Below, piece by piece: positions 26,888 through 36,210 of a stretch of DNA of 56,244 nt. The notes beneath the pieces were generated by a model that saw only the letters and a list, made by a program, of their open reading frames with translations, was not told the DNA's origin and searched no databases. The position numbers were made by a program, and so were the translations under genes. The DNA comes from a virus (taxonomy: Duplodnaviria; Caudoviricetes): the IMG/VR virus record IMGVR_UViG_3300032291_002769, positions 1 through 56,244 of that record, one strand, 5' to 3'. Within the stretch, counting starts at the first letter, position 1, and the number at the start of each line of letters is the position of its first letter.

Positions 26888-27237
26888 TGAATGAGATAAA
26901 AATAAATAATAATCTATTTAATGTTGTTACAGTAATAACGGATAAGGATATTGAAGAGGGGATGATGGGTAAAAAATTCAACGAAAAATTCAACGGGATG
27001 TTATTTGTTATGAAGCCGGGTTCACATTCTTTTTGGATGAAAAATTGTGATATTTCGCTTGATATTATTTTCATAAAAGATATGAAAATTTCTAAAATAC
27101 ATAAAAATTGTCCTCCTTGTAGAGAGGACAACTGTAAAACTTATTCTGGTGAGGGTGATTTGATTTTAGAAATTGCTGGTGGTGATTGTGACAAATATCA
27201 GATAGAAGAAGGTGAACAAGTCTATATCGAATCTTAA
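26887..27237 (+). CDS. DUF192 family protein
   Basis: GMM, GMLFV, FWMKN..ISLDIIFI, PC..C..Y and LEI.GG motifs. Confidence 0.88.
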   Translation: MNEIKINNNLFNVVTVITDKDIEEGMMGKKFNEKFNGMLFVMKPGSHSFWMKNCDISLDIIFIKDMKISKIHKNCPPCREDNCKTYSGEGDLILEIAGGDCDKYQIEEGEQVYIES

Positions 27238-28070
27238 TTTTCCAATTTACTAATATGGTGTTGTAAATACCACATAGCTTTTTTCAAATCTTCTAATTCT
27301 TTTTGTTTATCTTTTTTACCGGCTCTTGAAATATATTTGACAGTATTTCCTAATGCAAAACCTAAGTCCCAGGCATCGATAACTTTTATAGCTTCATAAA
27401 CATTTGAGGATCCGCCATAATGAGCTGGATGGTCTACTTGTTCATATGGTTTAAGTAAATCCTCCAAAGTATAAATATTTGGTTGTTGTTTTTCAGCCCA
27501 GAATGCACCATCAATATAGTAAGTATTAAAACCTTCCCAATTTATTGTTTCGACACCTTTATCTACCGCCGGAATTGACATATTACTTGATTTGTAATCG
27601 TCAATATACACAACACCGCCTGGTTTTAATCTTGGTATTGTGTTTTTAGCATCTTCTAATAAACATTCAAATGTATGACAACCATCAATTTCAATAAAAT
27701 CAAATAATATGTCATTTGACATCATAAACTGTGGTATTGTTTCTAATGATGAACCGGGAATTAAGTTTAAGTAAATGTTATGTTTTTTAGCTTCTTCGGA
27801 TAATATTTCAAAATTTGGGACCGTACATTCGTGTTCACAAAGATCAAATACGTGAATTGTCACAGGGTCCTGTGTGTATTCGTTATTTTTTTTCATTAAG
27901 GCAATCACATCACAAATAAGTAATGCCGAATGTCCCATATTAAAACCAATTTGTATTAAGTTTGTTGGTTTAAGTTTAGTAATAATTTCACTTAAACTTT
28001 TTTGTCTTTCTGGAAACCAACTAATATTTCCTTCTTGACAATCGTTTCTCATTCCTTCTAATAACTCCAT
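27234..28070 (-). CDS. class I SAM methyltransferase (Methyltransf_24-like) fused to a C-terminal DUF3310-like domain
   Basis: QIGFNMGHS, IDGCH, LKPGGVVYIDD; VDHPAHY...GNTVKYISRAGKK...EDLKKAMWYL. Confidence 0.8.
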   Translation of the reverse strand: MELLEGMRNDCQEGNISWFPERQKSLSEIITKLKPTNLIQIGFNMGHSALLICDVIALMKKNNEYTQDPVTIHVFDLCEHECTVPNFEILSEEAKKHNIYLNLIPGSSLETIPQFMMSNDILFDFIEIDGCHTFECLLEDAKNTIPRLKPGGVVYIDDYKSSNMSIPAVDKGVETINWEGFNTYYIDGAFWAEKQQPNIYTLEDLLKPYEQVDHPAHYGGSSNVYEAIKVIDAWDLGFALGNTVKYISRAGKKDKQKELEDLKKAMWYLQHHISKLEN

Positions 28071-28204
28071 TATTTTTTAATCTTTTCTTTTTTATTTTCT
28101 ACTTGGAGTTTATTTACGAAACTTCTGATTTTTCTTCCTAAGTCTATGTCATTTGGAAATTCCTTTACGAATTTCTTAATTGTTTCTACTGAAATTGTTT
28201 CCAT
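28070..28204 (-). CDS. small hypothetical protein (not in ORF track)
   Basis: METISVETIKKFVKEFPNDIDLGRKIRSF...; stop overlaps the next ATG. Confidence 0.65.
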   Translation of the reverse strand: METISVETIKKFVKEFPNDIDLGRKIRSFVNKLQVENKKEKIKK

Positions 28205-28206
28205 AA

Positions 28207-28983
28207 TTAAATTTTTTGTTCTTCTTTAGATTTTTTATAATTTTCAATCATTTGTTTTTGACTAACATATGATATTAATTTTCTTTTAAACATTGGTAAT
28301 AGTGTTTCTTGTATTGGAAATTCACCTCGACAAATCATTTCAAATACCGGTAGTTTGTTTTTATTTTCAACATTCCATTGACTAAAATTTGTAATAATTT
28401 TCGATAATGTCAAATCATTTTTCTTATCAGAATAGATTAAATTAACTAAAACCTTACTTTCTGGTGAACCTTTTGCTGCCGGTTTTTTATGATACTCCCA
28501 AACATTAATGACTTCACCTTCATTGAAATAAAAATAACCTTTATTTTCTAAAACATTTTTTGTGTTCTTTCTCATTTTTATGTGAACACTGTCAAAAACA
28601 AGTTCCCACACAGATTTTGCAAAACCAAAATATTCAAACATTCTTGGGGCTGAATATGTTAAAATTTTTATAAATTCTTCATATTCATCTTTTGACATTT
28701 CAGGAACATCTTTGATTTTTAAATCCTTAACAAGAAGTTCGTCATCAACTGTTGTGAATTTTTTTGTGGTGTATAAAAGTTTTTTATCTTTCACAAGTGT
28801 CTGGACATTTGCTAAATGAAGTGATAACTCAATAAATCCTGGGTATAATTCCATATTATCCAGTTTTTCACCTACCTTTTGAAAATACGATAAAAGTTTG
28901 TATTCTTTGTGCTCTCTGTCAATTGGTTTCTCGAACATCCAGTCGGTGTTCATTAAAAATTCTATTTTCTTTTTTCTTGCCAT
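28207..28983 (-). CDS. hypothetical protein
   Basis: 258 aa; PID.EHKEYKLLSY and FP..ETLLP motifs. Confidence 0.7.
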   Translation of the reverse strand: MARKKKIEFLMNTDWMFEKPIDREHKEYKLLSYFQKVGEKLDNMELYPGFIELSLHLANVQTLVKDKKLLYTTKKFTTVDDELLVKDLKIKDVPEMSKDEYEEFIKILTYSAPRMFEYFGFAKSVWELVFDSVHIKMRKNTKNVLENKGYFYFNEGEVINVWEYHKKPAAKGSPESKVLVNLIYSDKKNDLTLSKIITNFSQWNVENKNKLPVFEMICRGEFPIQETLLPMFKRKLISYVSQKQMIENYKKSKEEQKI

Positions 28984-29021
28984 TTGACATAATAATAGTG
29001 ATATAATATTACCTGTAAATA

Positions 29022-30515
29022 TTAATCGGTTCTCATTACAATATAATCGGTCCCATTAATATTAATTTGATCATACTCTCCATCGTATCCATTAAGATCA
29101 CTGTAACTACCATCTCGAACTAAACTATCTAATAAATCATCTTTATCAATAAAACTTATCATAGCTCTAAAATCATAACCCATTTCTTCTAAAAATCCAA
29201 GTGGGTCTCTTCTTATATCATCTAATCTATCTTCTACAGCTTCCTCAATTTCATTCTCATTAGGATCACCATCCGGATTATATTTTATTTCTTGTATTTC
29301 ATATTCAATATCTGAAATTCTACTATCACGGTCGTCTTTGTGGTCTTGTGTATCTTCATCATCATATATTTGATGTGGAGAAACAACAGCACCATCTTTA
29401 TATAAAACCCAATGACTTCTATTTGGGTCTGTACTTGTATTTTTATATTGGAATCTATTACCTTCTACGTCTTCAAAATCAAACACATCGCCGTCTTCTC
29501 TTGTTGGTTCAGATATTGGGGCTCTTACACCTTCGTTCTCATATACCCACTTTTCCATTTCAAGTAACCAAATTTCTTCTTCTTGACTATCACTTAAATC
29601 TTTTTCAACACTGTAATTATCCGGGTCCTCTCTTACCCACTCTTCAATCATACTTTCAAATTCATCAGCAACGCTATCGCCATCAATATGATATGAAATT
29701 GTATCACTATTAAGATATGTTACTGGATCATCGACCCAATCTTGATAGTAGTCTCTCATTGATTCATCAGCTTCACTTTCTGTTCCAACAGCAATTACAA
29801 AATCTTCACTTATTGACCTAAATGAATCTAATTCATAATGACTACCATCTGGGATTAAATCATAAACATCGGCATATTCACCCTCAAGTTCATCAACTCT
29901 TTCTTGTACCTCATCAAATTCGCTAGATAATTCATCATATCTTTCTTCATCATCTTCTTGTTCCATTTGAGTTTCAAGTTCCGATAATTTTGTTTTTAAT
30001 TCTCTTAACTCGTTATCTTCGTCTTCCATTCTAGCTTTTAATAAACCTTGTTGTACGGCATATTCAAAAGCAGCATTTGCTCTTTCACCTTCATTATCTG
30101 TATCGTTTAAATTCCAAGCGTCTTCTTCTCTTCTTTCTTCAGCGTCAGCTAATTCTCTTTGTCTTTTTCTTCTTGTAAGTTCTTTTTCCCAAGGTGTCTG
30201 CCAAATACGAGGATATCCAGTAACTTCTACATTGTCCAAAGATTTTATATTTGTATGTGAGATATCTAAATTTCCCTCAACTCTAATTGGACCTAAATCT
30301 GTAATTCTTTCATCACCATTTAAACTTAAATTACCAGTAACAACTAATTTCTTACCTCTAAATTTTGGTAATCGTAATAAACCGTGAGCTTGACCGGCAA
30401 CCTTATTTAAAAGGTCCATATATTCTTGTGGAGAAATTCTTACTTCCTCAACTTCTTCCAAAATTAATTTCTTAATTCTTGATATTAATTGTGATTCTTT
30501 AATAAATCTTTTCAT
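29022..30515 (-). CDS. very acidic protein with IKESQL leader and short LRR-like segment
   Basis: D/E-rich; GNLSL..., GNLDISHTNIKSL. Confidence 0.7.
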   Translation of the reverse strand: MKRFIKESQLISRIKKLILEEVEEVRISPQEYMDLLNKVAGQAHGLLRLPKFRGKKLVVTGNLSLNGDERITDLGPIRVEGNLDISHTNIKSLDNVEVTGYPRIWQTPWEKELTRRKRQRELADAEERREEDAWNLNDTDNEGERANAAFEYAVQQGLLKARMEDEDNELRELKTKLSELETQMEQEDDEERYDELSSEFDEVQERVDELEGEYADVYDLIPDGSHYELDSFRSISEDFVIAVGTESEADESMRDYYQDWVDDPVTYLNSDTISYHIDGDSVADEFESMIEEWVREDPDNYSVEKDLSDSQEEEIWLLEMEKWVYENEGVRAPISEPTREDGDVFDFEDVEGNRFQYKNTSTDPNRSHWVLYKDGAVVSPHQIYDDEDTQDHKDDRDSRISDIEYEIQEIKYNPDGDPNENEIEEAVEDRLDDIRRDPLGFLEEMGYDFRAMISFIDKDDLLDSLVRDGSYSDLNGYDGEYDQININGTDYIVMRTD

Positions 30516-30521
30516 ACAAAT

Positions 30522-30528
30522 ATAAATA
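30522..30528 (-). promoter_or_regulatory. putative late promoter TATTTAT
   Basis: 6 nt upstream of ATG at 30515. Confidence 0.55.
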
Positions 30529-30560
30529 CTTAAAACTTTACAAATAATATAATGGTTTGA

Positions 30561-30567
30561 TATTTAT
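30561..30567 (+). promoter_or_regulatory. putative late promoter TATTTAT
   Basis: upstream of the small ORF at 30600. Confidence 0.55.
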
Positions 30568-30599
30568 AATCAAATAAACATTCAAAAAAACAATTTATT

Positions 30600-30743
30600 A
30601 TGGGATGTGGATGTAAAAACAAAGGAAACCAAGCTGCAACTCCTCAACAAGCGCCCCAACAAGCGCAAAAACCTGCGGTTCAAAACCAAACGGTTCAAGA
30701 GTCAGTTAAAAAAGTAATTGAAAAATATTACAACAAAAAATAA
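30600..30743 (+). CDS. 47-aa MGCGCK peptide (not in ORF track)
   Basis: own promoter and terminator; MGCGCKNKGNQAATPQQAPQQAQKPAVQNQTVQESVKKVIEKYYNKK. Confidence 0.75.
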   Translation: MGCGCKNKGNQAATPQQAPQQAQKPAVQNQTVQESVKKVIEKYYNKK

Positions 30744-30765
30744 TTTCCTTTGGCCAAAGAAAAAC

Positions 30766-30796
30766 AAAAGGTGGGAGTAATTTTCCACCTTTTTTT
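30766..30796 (+). terminator. intrinsic terminator
   Basis: AAAAGGTGGGA/TTCCACCTTTT hairpin with U-tract. Confidence 0.75.
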
Positions 30797-30797
30797 A

Positions 30798-30804
30798 TAT
30801 TTAT
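30798..30804 (+). promoter_or_regulatory. putative late promoter TATTTAT
   Basis: 5 nt upstream of ATG at 30810. Confidence 0.55.
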
Positions 30805-30809
30805 AAAAT

Positions 30810-31913
30810 ATGAATTTAGAAAACTACATAGAACATTTTAATGATAATTATTTTGATGATTTTTTATCAAAGGTATTTGTTAAAGTAAGAAATTTTTTAA
30901 ATGTTGTTGCAAAAAAAGGAAAACAAGACGAAATTAATATTTCAATGCTTAGGTATGAAGATTATGAAAATGATTCGGATTTATTTGATTTTTTAGAAGA
31001 AAAAGGTTTTACTGAAAATGCTACGTATGATGATTTTGAGGATGTTGCAAAAAATTATTATTTAGAATACTGGATAAATAATGCACCAGATGTTGCTTTA
31101 AAATATATTTGTGATAATATTTTAACTGATGTTGAGGTAAGATCCGATGGTTATTGGTTAAAGTTAAGTGATAGGGAAGAATTAGCCGAATTTTTTGATG
31201 ATAGAGGTCGTGACGGAACAGCTAGAGATGTGGCAAAACACGTTTTTAGTGAGGATATGTGGGAACCATATTGGGATACAACTTCTGATGTATACCGTGA
31301 TGTGATTGAGGATCTTAATGACAATAACAAAAAACATTTAGGTGAATACATACTTAAACATATTGGAAATAGAGATTTAAATGTTGAGGATTATGATGAT
31401 GATTTTTTCCAAGAACTATCCGATATTCAAGCTCGTGATGGTATATTTCAAATAACACAAGATAATGTACTATCTTTAATTGACAATGAAGAAGCAATGA
31501 ATGAACTTCTTAATGGTGATTTGGACGAACTAAAAAGTGAATTATATTCTCTACATAATAATGCCTATAACAGTGCATATGAAAGTGAATGTTATGATCT
31601 TGTGTATAATGGACTTGATGAATATTTTTCATCAAAAATTATGGAAGAAACAAAACAAGTTGGTGAAAAAACAAAATATATACCATATATTAAAATAAGA
31701 GATTTTAAAAGTGATGTTATGGCCTTTGTTAATCAAAATAAAGGTGATGCTTATAGTGATTCTACATTAGACTATTGGGGTAGTTATACCAGTATGATGG
31801 AACATCTATTTGATTATGATACTTATTCAGAAATAGATTTTAGAACACCAGATTACGCTGATTGGGATTATGTTAGAAAAAACATTAACGATATGTTAGG
31901 TGATTATATCTAA
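30810..31913 (+). CDS. acidic hypothetical protein
   Basis: 367 aa, D/E/Y-rich. Confidence 0.7.
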   Translation: MNLENYIEHFNDNYFDDFLSKVFVKVRNFLNVVAKKGKQDEINISMLRYEDYENDSDLFDFLEEKGFTENATYDDFEDVAKNYYLEYWINNAPDVALKYICDNILTDVEVRSDGYWLKLSDREELAEFFDDRGRDGTARDVAKHVFSEDMWEPYWDTTSDVYRDVIEDLNDNNKKHLGEYILKHIGNRDLNVEDYDDDFFQELSDIQARDGIFQITQDNVLSLIDNEEAMNELLNGDLDELKSELYSLHNNAYNSAYESECYDLVYNGLDEYFSSKIMEETKQVGEKTKYIPYIKIRDFKSDVMAFVNQNKGDAYSDSTLDYWGSYTSMMEHLFDYDTYSEIDFRTPDYADWDYVRKNINDMLGDYI

Positions 31914-31963
31914 ACTATTTAACAATTCAATAAAAATTCATATCCATTATAAAAAAATGGTAT

Positions 31964-32659
31964 ATGAGAAAAATCAATAAAAATTCCAGAAGAGGCATTG
32001 TAAATTTACTTGCCGATTTTATTCTTACAAGAATAGACAAAAAAGAAAATTCAATTATCCAGGTTACAGATTGTGAAACATTTTTTGTTATAAATGGTCA
32101 AACCACAAGTGAAACTGTCCTTGATATTGAAAAGATTAAAACCGATTTTTCCGAATGGTTTGGTGACATTTTAAAAGAGGTTGGTGTTGAAAAGATAAAC
32201 ACAATTGATGTTATCCGGTATAGTCAGGAAATAAACAACATTGAGAAAGGTTGGGTTAATATAAATAAAGATGTTTTTGTCGAGGAACCAGAACCAATCT
32301 ATGAACTAGCAATAACATCCGAATTTCCTTATGGTTACAGTCTTAATTGTGGTCGTCTAATGACTTACTATTCACACTACATTTTTAATCATATGTATAG
32401 TCTTATGGGTACTGATGAGGTTAAATTCTATTTTACAAAAGAAGAAGATGAAGATGAGGATTTGAAAATTAAAATCGTTTCCAATTCTAAATATAATAAA
32501 GATATTGTTAAGTCTTTGGTTCTTGACGTATTTTCCTTTGATTTAACAGAGTTTAATGAATATGTTAAGGATTACGACTTATTGCAGGATATCTTGTTTC
32601 CTGGTAAAGATAAACCTTACACAAAACAAGATAAATTAGAACACATAATAGTATTTTAA
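31964..32659 (+). CDS. hypothetical protein with faint MetK-like N-terminus
   Basis: ADFIL...FVINGQTTS...DIEKI. Confidence 0.6.
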   Translation: MRKINKNSRRGIVNLLADFILTRIDKKENSIIQVTDCETFFVINGQTTSETVLDIEKIKTDFSEWFGDILKEVGVEKINTIDVIRYSQEINNIEKGWVNINKDVFVEEPEPIYELAITSEFPYGYSLNCGRLMTYYSHYIFNHMYSLMGTDEVKFYFTKEEDEDEDLKIKIVSNSKYNKDIVKSLVLDVFSFDLTEFNEYVKDYDLLQDILFPGKDKPYTKQDKLEHIIVF

Positions 32660-32663
32660 AAAG

Positions 32664-32691
32664 AAACCCCACCTTTTGAGTGGGGTTTTTT
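32664..32691. terminator. bidirectional terminator between convergent genes
   Basis: AAACCCCAC/GTGGGGTTT hairpin with A and T tracts. Confidence 0.8.
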
Positions 32692-32692
32692 A

Positions 32693-32977
32693 TTATCCAT
32701 TAATAAATGATTTTATAATTTCAAAACCTTCATTAATATCTTCAAAATCTCGATCAGGCGCAAACAATTCTGTTACCGGTTCTTTTTCCGGATTTTCAAT
32801 TAACATAAATGCCGGAACGTATTCATTACCAGTTATTTCAACAAATAAATCATATTCTTCTTCGTTTTCGTGTATGTCACGATCAACAAATGGAATATTG
32901 TCTTTTTCTAACATTTCTTTTAATTCAACACAAAAAGGACAACCTTTCATTGTGAAAACTACGGCAATCTTATCCAT
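32693..32977 (-). CDS. glutaredoxin-like protein
   Basis: CPFC active site, VP motif. Confidence 0.85.
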   Translation of the reverse strand: MDKIAVVFTMKGCPFCVELKEMLEKDNIPFVDRDIHENEEEYDLFVEITGNEYVPAFMLIENPEKEPVTELFAPDRDFEDINEGFEIIKSFING

Positions 32978-33284
32978 TTATTAAATCTTTTACCATTTCG
33001 TTTATTTGTCCTTCAGACAACATTCCAACTTTAGTTTCAATAATCTGACCAGCGTTAAACATTTTTACTGTTGGTATACTTCTAATACCTAAAGCGGCAC
33101 CGATTTCTCTATTTAAATCAACATTCATTGTATACAGTTGAACATCACTTGTGTTTTCATTTGCGACTTTTTCAAATGTTGGTTTCATTATACGACAAGG
33201 TCCACACCATTCGGCCCAGAACTCAACAATTAATTTTTCACCATTGTTAATTTTTTCTTGTAATTCAACACTACTAATTTCCAT
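32970..33284 (-). CDS. trxA: thioredoxin
   Basis: FWAEWCGPC and IRSIPT. Confidence 0.92.
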   Translation of the reverse strand: MEISSVELQEKINNGEKLIVEFWAEWCGPCRIMKPTFEKVANENTSDVQLYTMNVDLNREIGAALGIRSIPTVKMFNAGQIIETKVGMLSEGQINEMVKDLING

Positions 33285-33636
33285 TTTTTTCTTTTAATTT
33301 AATTAAGTTATTTATGAAGAAACGAACCTCGTTTAATTTTTCAGAATCAAAATAAATCATCAATTGATAATTTAATTCACTACCACTACTCCTAGATAAA
33401 TACAAGTAAAGTTGTGACTTGTTTTCAAAAATAGCATCATAATATATAAAAGATTCCTTTATTTCAACCATCTTTACATATTCTAATCTAAAATTTTTTT
33501 CTAATAAAATTTCTGGTGTGATTTTAATCGGTGTATTTACTCTTAATTTAGAATAGACTTTACCATATCTTTCATAGAACAATTTTAAAAGTTCCTCTTC
33601 TTTTTCAAAGTATATATCTTTTTTAATTTCTTCCAT
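33274..33636 (-). CDS. hypothetical protein
   Basis: ORF in operon. Confidence 0.6.
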   Translation of the reverse strand: MEEIKKDIYFEKEEELLKLFYERYGKVYSKLRVNTPIKITPEILLEKNFRLEYVKMVEIKESFIYYDAIFENKSQLYLYLSRSSGSELNYQLMIYFDSEKLNEVRFFINNLIKLKEKNGN

Positions 33637-33717
33637 TTGATAAAATATAAAACCAATAATTAAAAAGTCATTATTTGATTTTAAAACAAATTTAAGATTT
33701 TTTTTTAAATAAAAAAA

Positions 33718-33999
33718 TTAATTTAAAATAATATTACCAAATTTTGTCTTTTGGATAACTTTATCAAGTTTATTATATTTCATATCTGGTATTTTAAGGT
33801 CAACAACAATATTAATAATTTGTTCTTTACTTAAAACAATATCCTTACCATCTTCTAAGTTTTTTTCGGACTGATCTCTTAATTTCTTATAAAATTCGTC
33901 TTTTTGTAAATCACCAATTAATGTTAATAAATCATTTGGGTTTTTTTCAAAAAATGCAATTAAGTTTGAAATATAAATTTCTATGTCTACGTTTTTCAT
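33718..33999 (-). CDS. hypothetical protein
   Basis: ORF in operon. Confidence 0.65.
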   Translation of the reverse strand: MKNVDIEIYISNLIAFFEKNPNDLLTLIGDLQKDEFYKKLRDQSEKNLEDGKDIVLSKEQIINIVVDLKIPDMKYNKLDKVIQKTKFGNIILN

Positions 34000-34009
34000 A
34001 AGTTATTTT

Positions 34010-35959
34010 TTAACATCCGTTTGCTTCTCTCATTTCCGGTGGGAAATTAATATCCCAAAACTCACCAACTGGATCAATATATCTTGTAATTTCTTTTGGT
34101 AATGATTCAACATCAATAGCACAATTAATTACTGAAATAAAATCAAGACAAGCTAAAGTACCTACCGATGCTGGAAGCGTAGTCAAACTTCTATTATTTG
34201 TCAAATTAAGGAATGTTAATTTTCTACAGTTACCAATTGATTCTGGTATTTCGTTAACAATGTTATCCAATACTAATGTTGATAAATTTTCAAAGTTACC
34301 AATAGATTCCGGTATTTTGAAGATGATTTCATCGTTTGATTTATTTTCGATTTGTAGGAATGTTACATTCTCTGGTAATACCTCAAATAAATCTTCTAAT
34401 CCAAACATTCTTATATATTTAGCATTTGAATCATTCGGGTATTGTATCGTTACGTAATCAGGATCAAAAGCAGACTCAAGTTCATTTCTATATTTAGCTT
34501 TTAAGTTTCTAAAATAAGGTCTCATTTCTTTACTCATAATAACCTCCATATCGTTTTCACTTAAATCTTTAAGTGATTTTTGAAGTAATTTTTCTCTCTT
34601 TTTAGAAACGTAATAAGCCATAGCACTAGGTGTTAGTTTTCTAACCATACCGGCACTTAATTCATTTCCTAAACCAATATATTTTTTCTGTAATTCTTCT
34701 GGTAGGTTACCAAATATTTCATCGCCACCTTGCGTGCTTTTGAAATCTGGACTTCTTAATTCCATCCATAATTCAACCTCTTCTTCACTACCTAATTCTG
34801 AAATTGGATCTGTTGTTTTTAAATTATAGTATTTGTACTTATTCAGTTTTTCCATATCTTCATCACTATATGGTTTTGCTTCAAAATATTGTTCCTTACC
34901 TTGTAAGACTGGGATTTTACTTAATATTTCTTTCCAAGGAATTACAGTACCACCTGAAAATCTTCCGGAGTTAGAACCATCTGCCAATCTTTTATCACCA
35001 TATCTATCAACTAATATTACTGAAGCGTAATTTAAATCAGAAGTTGGTAAGTTTTTATTTATTACATAATACAATGTTAAATTTTGATTTAATCGGTAAT
35101 TGTAATAGTAATTTGACGAACCTTCCCAGGATGTACACCATCTTCTATCTGGCGCATATTTTTTTCTAATATTAATACACTTATGTTTTTGATCCGGAGC
35201 AAAGATTAACACATCATCATCTTCATATTTGATATCAACATCACTTGTATCAATTTCTGGAACATCATATTCACTTTCTTCCATTGGTGTGTAACCATCA
35301 ACAACGTGTTCAAATTCTTCAAAGTTCATAAACTTACTTAATTTTGTGTTGATTGGTATTAACTCAAAGTGTCTAACAAATCTTTTAGCTCTTGGTAAAA
35401 ATGTTGTCATTGCATCTTCTTCTGGATTTTCATCGTGGAATTTCTGTGTGATTGCCGCAACAAGTTCATTTATACCTTGGTTGTTAAACTTTGAAAAGTA
35501 CTTTTCTACTAAGCTATTTAGCTGTGATGGATTAAATGTTGTTACATCTTTTTTAAATTCTTTAAGTTGTGGAAAATGTGTTTTAACTTCAAAAAACTTC
35601 TTGATATTTAATTTTGTTAACTGTAAGTCAACTTGTACTTTATCTCTCCAGGTATTAAGGTAATCTTGTACCATACCTTCTAAATCTTTTTTTGATTTTT
35701 GTTTTGTTACTTTATCAGCAATCAAACTTTTAATTTTTTCATATGAATGTCTAAAGATATCCTTATCTTCATTAGAGAATGCAGCTTTGAATCTTTCAAA
35801 ATCAGCAATTGTTTTTCTAATGTCATCTTCTGTATCTTCAGTTTCTTTTGAGTACTTATCAACAAGTTTTTTAACTGTTGATTCAGGATATTCTAATAAT
35901 ATTTTTCTTGTATTATAATTTTCTTTTACAACTTTAGAAAGTACTTTGATTAATTCCAT
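34010..35959 (-). CDS. WCT-family protein with C-terminal leucine-rich repeats
   Basis: YEDDDVLIFAP...RWCTS...LYYVINK; IPESIGN.ENL..L repeats. Confidence 0.75.
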   Translation of the reverse strand: MELIKVLSKVVKENYNTRKILLEYPESTVKKLVDKYSKETEDTEDDIRKTIADFERFKAAFSNEDKDIFRHSYEKIKSLIADKVTKQKSKKDLEGMVQDYLNTWRDKVQVDLQLTKLNIKKFFEVKTHFPQLKEFKKDVTTFNPSQLNSLVEKYFSKFNNQGINELVAAITQKFHDENPEEDAMTTFLPRAKRFVRHFELIPINTKLSKFMNFEEFEHVVDGYTPMEESEYDVPEIDTSDVDIKYEDDDVLIFAPDQKHKCINIRKKYAPDRRWCTSWEGSSNYYYNYRLNQNLTLYYVINKNLPTSDLNYASVILVDRYGDKRLADGSNSGRFSGGTVIPWKEILSKIPVLQGKEQYFEAKPYSDEDMEKLNKYKYYNLKTTDPISELGSEEEVELWMELRSPDFKSTQGGDEIFGNLPEELQKKYIGLGNELSAGMVRKLTPSAMAYYVSKKREKLLQKSLKDLSENDMEVIMSKEMRPYFRNLKAKYRNELESAFDPDYVTIQYPNDSNAKYIRMFGLEDLFEVLPENVTFLQIENKSNDEIIFKIPESIGNFENLSTLVLDNIVNEIPESIGNCRKLTFLNLTNNRSLTTLPASVGTLACLDFISVINCAIDVESLPKEITRYIDPVGEFWDINFPPEMREANGC

Positions 35960-35973
35960 AATGTTTTTTCTTT

Positions 35974-35980
35974 ATAAATA
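35974..35980 (-). promoter_or_regulatory. putative late promoter TATTTAT
   Basis: upstream of 35959. Confidence 0.55.
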
Positions 35981-36048
35981 TTAGATTGTGGTAAAAAAAA
36001 ATGATAATAAAATCTTTAAATGTCAATATACTATATTTATTTTTAAGT

Positions 36049-36210
36049 ATGGAAAAAAAAGAAGCAACAAAAGTAGGATGTCAGTCATGTAAAACAAATA
36101 AAGGTGTTATTAGAACACAAAAATTTGTGTTCATAGTTGGTGGTTTTTTATTTAGTTTATCAGTTTATGGTGGGATTAGATTAATACAAGATATTGTTTC
36201 TTTGTTTTAA
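36049..36210 (+). CDS. small CxxC plus TM protein
   Basis: GCQSCK and C-terminal TM; TATTTAT at 36034-36040. Confidence 0.65.
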   Translation: MEKKEATKVGCQSCKTNKGVIRTQKFVFIVGGFLFSLSVYGGIRLIQDIVSLF

